From: Ptychomitrium polyphyllum
Taxonomy: Eukaryota
Direction: 5' to 3'
NCBI GenBank assembly: GCA_973851085.1
Contig: OZ316775.1
Location: 12,958,001 to 13,022,000 of the forward strand
DNA: 64,000 bases
Shown piece by piece: positions 58,873 through 64,000 of the stretch. The translations under genes were made by a program, and so were the position numbers. The first letter of the stretch is position 1; every line of letters starts with the position of its first letter. The notes under the pieces are model-generated. The model was given only the letters and a program-made list of their open reading frames with translations. It was not told the origin of the DNA and did no database searches.

Positions 58873-61738
58873 GTTTATTGTGTGTTCCGTCCATTGTTCT
58901 CTCCAGCACGATCAGCTTATATTTTAAAAGTTCAGTAGAAGTTGATGTGTCCTGTTCACGTAACTGGTTTTATTTCCACACGAGTAGCTTCACCACTTTC
59001 CGTCATCTGTGGCAATCTGTTTGCGTCCATAGCTTTCATAGTCCAGACCGTTAAGTGGGGTCATTTGTTCGTTGAAACTACTTTTTCCGCACTGTCTGCT
59101 AGTTAAACTTCCACAGCAATAAATTTCTTAGAAAATTCAAGTGTACTCAACTGCACTTGGGTTTCAGAACTGTGATGTGGATGATAAGCTGCCACTGCCG
59201 TTCCTCCGTGGTAAGCTTTATTTGCCAAAGTAATGTGAGCTTGTCTTGTGGACGCTTTCAAGTTCTTATTCGCCAGTACAACTTCCACTAGAGGGTTTTA
59301 TCTCAACGCCTCCTGGAGAATGTCCAAGACTTTGTCGCTGTCCAAGGCAATAGTAACAACTCAGAAAGTCTGAAATGACTATTCCTCTTGTGAACTTGGA
59401 CATGCATGAAAATTTCACCACTTGTAATAGTTTTCAATTGCTTTTGCACATTCTTTTTAAAAGGTACCTGGATTGCAAGAAAAATTTCCTTTGTTTTACC
59501 ATTATTTGCTTTGGGCCCTTCTCCCATATCATTTGTTCATTTTTAAAGGAGCCATGACAACTCTTCCTGGAATTTTGTGGCTATCATGTCCTCAAATGTG
59601 AACCTAATTCTACCATGAATATGTAAGAAAAGTGGTTGGATGACTAGTACTTATTTTTGAATTTTTTGTAGCATTTTAAGAATTGTGTTTCAAGAGGGAT
59701 GAGTTTGAAGAATTGTCACCTTTTGTTATTTGATGAACATATTTCCTACATAAGTGAAGAAGGTTTTCTTCTAATATGATACAAAGGACTAGCGAAAGCA
59801 TATAAATTCCCTATCAATTTATACATATTTTAATCTTTAGATGTTGGAAAAATAAGAACCAATCTAATAGCATGGTATAATGGTGGGAGTGATAACTATA
59901 TTGGTAGAATTGGCTCCTAAAGCTTGTGACAACATGCATATTGGAAAATATTAAAAAAAAGTTCTTCTTAGATTTTGGATCCTGTATGATTTTGAAGAAG
60001 ATAATGAATCATTTGGTATCAAAAATAAATTAACCAAAGGTGAAGATGAATGGGTGCGGGTGAATTGGCCCAAGATAAAGCTATTGCAAATTTAGAAAAT
60101 GGATAATGATACCATAGAAGAACAACTTACTCAATAGTTTGTTCAATTGAATATTAAGAAAGAAAATCCTGATACTACTAAATTTATGGTTTTGTTCATT
60201 ATTTTAATTATTATTCCTCCACATCTTAGACGTAATGAGGATTAAAGTATCTTTTTGAATTTTTTGTTGGTTTGAATCTTACTCCCGCCAAATATTTTAA
60301 GTGATTTTTGTGGAATAGCATGATTTCTACAAAAAACAGCAATGCATCCATAACTTGGTTATTTTTGTGCATTCTTGACTTATTTTTTTGTTATAAAAGT
60401 ATTAAAATAAATAAATGGTGTGATAAGGCAAATACTCAATATTCTATTATATTGGGTCTAGGCAAAAAGAACCCTGTATTCTGTTTGTAATGCGAATGAT
60501 GCAATGTTTGTTATGCGAAAGAACCCTATAATCACCATGTATCCCATTCTAACATCTATCAAATCTTGAACAAAATGTACTCCTGAAAGTAAAATGATGT
60601 ACAGGGGTCAGCCAGTTTCATTTCAATGTGGAACTGCTCTCTTCATTGCATGGCACAGAAATGATTGATACGCAATAGTACAATAGCACACAGCAGTGCT
60701 CTAGAGATTAGAATTACATGAACTCATGTTATTGACAAACCCAGCTTTGCTTTCATTAGTATCACAAACTCAATTAATCATGACTCCAATGTCCAAATTC
60801 AAGAATACTGATAAAGTAAAAAACACATTGAAGTGAGGAAGGCTAGTATATTCCAAAGTCCTCTAGTTGATGTCCATCATAGATCATGAACAAGGTTTCA
60901 ACTCTTCTGGCTTAATCATCCTTCTCTAAAGCCCTTACTCTGTTGCCCTGCTACTCCTCATGGCCTCCTAAATTGCTGCTATTTGATTTTTTTTGGCTGT
61001 GGTGTAAAGGGAACACAGATCCTGCATTTTTAAAGTAGATGATGACCAAGTACATGAAGCACCGGTGAACTCCATGTGATGATTGAGATAGCTATTCTCC
61101 AAGTTGCAAGTACCTTCACCTTCAGATAATTGTGGGCTGCCCATCCCCAGTCCAAATGCAGGGCACCAGACACTCATACATACATGCCAGCTAACTACAC
61201 AAACAAGAAGCTTCCTAACTTGGTGCTGAGTAACACATCAACATTTGACTATACCATATCAACCTTATGTCAAGCAAATCCACAACTTGTTCACAAGATA
61301 ATCAAGTGTACAAAACGACATGACATAGATCTCTTCCTTACATTGACTTACAGCTTTTGGTGTTAAAGATATGTAACCAACATGTGACAATGTTGACACC
61401 AGGTTGTGGACTTCACAAAATTAAGCACAAAATTGGCTCAAACAAATGCTTCAATCTGAAAAATTGTTCAGTCAAGTTTCATTGCCAAATCTAACTACTC
61501 TTGCAATTTTGTGTTATAGATTTCTGAAGAAAATTGAAATATGTTGCATTGGTAGGAGTACTTGAACTTGTTTGAACAACATTTCCACTCAAAGTGTTGT
61601 TTCCACACCCAGTGTTGCCAATATCTCCATCCAAAATGGTTGAAACAACCTTTCGGGCAAAATGTTGTTCCAGCATGTTGTTTGTTCTGGCTACTTGCAC
61701 TAGCGAGCTATTGTGGAGCATCAAAAAGCGAATTAGAT

Positions 61739-62241
61739 ATTTCATGGAATCTGTGCTCGTACAGAGTGAGAACAATGTGAAATCCTACATCTGCTTTGCT
61801 TCACCAATCTCTGAGTCACATCCAAACACGGCACTGATGATAACGAAATCTAAAGCAGTAGGAACTCTATTCCTCATTTGGTGATGGTGCATGAGTTTCT
61901 CCGATTCCTTCGTCTGCGTCACATCTGCCTGTTGTTCTTGGGACGTTGGTCGGCAATATCGGTTGATTCTCCATCTATCTAACTTCTTGTAAGTGTATCA
62001 CTACACGTGTCAGCTAGCGCAAGACCGCAACTGATGATCTATTCGGCGCACTATTTGGCATCTAGACTCCAAATCCTGATTACACAATTTTGAGGGCCCG
62101 TCTTGGTGATGTTCACAACGATTGTGCATCTATATCTGCACCACTGTCTTCGTTTTGAGCCGAAAGCTAAGACAGCTGCTGTAAAATGATAACTTCAGAG
62201 TCCTCCAGGGGTTTGCACTCACTTGGTGCGTTTTGATGTTG
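61739..62241 (+). repeat. Diverged direct duplication, copy 2
   Basis: Colinear with 58390-58872, with small indels. Confidence 0.85.
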
Positions 62242-63170
62242 GAAGAAAATCGACCGTGATCCTATCAGTTGGCGCTCCGTGGCAACGAATTGCTTTTTTG
62301 TGAAGGGTAAGCCCTTGCAGCATTGAGAGAACAAAGGAATGATGATGGTCCACATCGTGCAAGGTGAAGGGATGTACTCCAACCAAACAGACTCTGGACA
62401 GACGAGGGTTTCCTTTTGAAGCAAGACACTGACAGGATTTGCAAGCATCGAAAGCATAAATCCTGGGGAGTATGTAACACCGATATGGGCACATAGAGTG
62501 TCTATGTTGAAGCCTTTCAAAACTATCACAGTAGACCCTCCTTCACGACACAATACTACACGATAGCAGAGGCAGCAAGCCAAAAATCTTCACTGCTCAC
62601 TGAGTTGCATGGCCATAGCATTGGACAGCGAATGAAGACGAAAGCGCTCAATCTATGAAAACTCCTGGCGTCGATGCTGAAGAATGATCCATAGCACAAC
62701 ATCTACTCTTATATCAAATTACACTTGTCCAAGAAGAAACCAGACACAACATGTAGAACCGGATCATTGTGATTCAAGGTTTGTGAGGCATGACTCAGCC
62801 AAGGATAAACTTCATCAAGATGACGATGCAAGGAGCGGCCTCCAGTTTTAGTCACGTCAAAGTACGATGTAACCCTGTGACGTGACCACACCACTGACCT
62901 CTTGCTGAGATGTTGCTGCACTTTTGAGCAGATGCAACAACTAAGACAGGCCAGAAACTCTCCAAGTTTGCATGGGTTATAATTGAAATTTGAACCAAGC
63001 GATGTGTGGAGGTGCATGAAGGTTCAACGTCTTTTGCACAATTGCAGCTATGACGTACGTGGACGTTGGTTTTGAAAGAACGAATTCCATTTTATTTAGT
63101 TGGTTTTGTGAGATTCCAACGAAAGTTTCATGATTGCTGAGTGACCCAGTTGTCGTAGAGCTCAGTGAGA

Positions 63171-63893
63171 TCAAGTTTTTGGTTTTCTCTCCAGTTCTAG
63201 TCTGTACAATGCTGCGATGTTTATGATCCTGGAGAGGCGAGAATGCTGTGAGTTGGGGTTTTTCACTTCGGCAGGTTGAGTCTTGCACCATTCCGAGTCG
63301 ATGAGGCGCGCGATGAGAGCTCGTATCATGGCGCGAGTTTTCTCTCCGACGAATTTAAACGAAAGGGAGAATCGGCCGCACTCGGCCATGGCTTCGAGCA
63401 TCTGGATAACCCAGTTTTCATCGACATCTGTAGTGCACGCAGCGCGGAGGAGGCGCTGCTGCTCCGGGTCGTCGCGAGCGTTCTCCTCAGCTTTGAAGCA
63501 TGTGCAAACGGTTGCCAAGATGTCAGCCAGAAGGTTGGGGGGGATCTCCACCTTGAAGATTTCGGGATACTCGCCAGGGTCGATGGCAGTCAGGAACACC
63601 ATCTGCAGAAACACGTCCTTTTTCAGATGGCGCCAGTTCTTCGCAAACACGTCGTCTGTGACCTTCTCCTGTTGGTTGCTGTGGTTGCTTCCCTGCTTCC
63701 GGATCCCCAACAAGGCAGGAAGACCATCTGCTGCGTCCACGTTCCTGTCCTCCACGTTCCTGGACTTGTCTGTGCCGGCGGCGTTGAATGACCATGCTGG
63801 AGCTGGCATCCCTTTGTAATCGTGCGCCGGTCGCTCCTCGTCTTCTCGCCCCGGCATCTTCCGCTCCACAGGCTTCAAATGCGCCACGGAGAC
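63171..63893 (-). CDS. CCDC103: CCDC103/DNAAF19-like dynein assembly factor, 3' exon (RPAP3_C domain); 5' end lies beyond the window
   Basis: VSVAHLKPVERK resembles the end of the CCDC103 N-terminal domain (ASHLKPLERK). FAKNWRHL...LTAIDPGEYPEIFKVEIPPNLLADIL...LEAMAECGRFSLSFKFV matches the RPAP3 C-terminal domain pattern. The acceptor at 63894-63895 is tentative. Confidence 0.7.
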   Translation of the reverse strand, partial: VSVAHLKPVERKMPGREDEERPAHDYKGMPAPAWSFNAAGTDKSRNVEDRNVDAADGLPALLGIRKQGSNHSNQQEKVTDDVFAKNWRHLKKDVFLQMVFLTAIDPGEYPEIFKVEIPPNLLADILATVCTCFKAEENARDDPEQQRLLRAACTTDVDENWVIQMLEAMAECGRFSLSFKFVGEKTRAMIRALIARLIDSEWCKTQPAEVKNPNSQHSRLSRIINIAALYRLELERKPKT

Positions 63894-64000
63894 CTTACAC
63901 ATTGCAACCACGATATCAAGCAGAAGAAGCTTGTTACTGCTCCCCTCCTGAGTCCCAGATTGCGCTGCCTTCACACAAACTACGGAAACTCATGATGATG

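Noticed and set aside
60860..60910. Ubiquitin-like snippet FMIYDGHQLEDFGI on the minus strand
   Set aside because: Too short, flanked by stops, and lacking the rest of the fold.
63276..63819. Plus-strand ORFs of 171 and 178 aa
   Set aside because: Antisense shadows of the CCDC103-like coding exon.

Overview
Eukaryotic, intron-rich land-plant genomic DNA. It is most likely a moss such as Physcomitrium patens (inference: plant-specific genes, a ciliary CCDC103-like gene, and AT-rich Gypsy relics). Nine protein-coding genes can be read through their splice sites: a Lzipper-MIP1/DUF547 protein (+), an F-box SKIP24-like protein (+), PHL/Spt20-like SAGA subunit (+), RPL35a (+), an intronless type I MADS-box gene (+), an SPX-RING E3 ligase of the NLA/BAH1 family (-), NADP-malic enzyme (-), a small LYR-motif protein (+) and the 3' part of a CCDC103-like RPAP3_C protein (-). 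Intergenic DNA holds a Gypsy 3' LTR with its PPT, a related solo LTR with a perfect 5-bp TSD nested in an older integrase relic, a Helitron-like terminus, tandem repeats and a ~490-bp diverged duplication. Four unexplained signals stand out. (i) A 10-11-bp-phased GTGATAC/ATAC motif array occurs in the same gene-relative orientation upstream of three genes, two of which share an exact 15-mer. (ii) NADP-ME has two phase-compatible alternative first coding exons, one resembling a mitochondrial presequence. (iii) A Met-Pro-repeat uORF lies upstream of the NLA-like gene. (iv) Related structured elements sit in two RPL35a introns. All exon models were read by eye and no searches were run.
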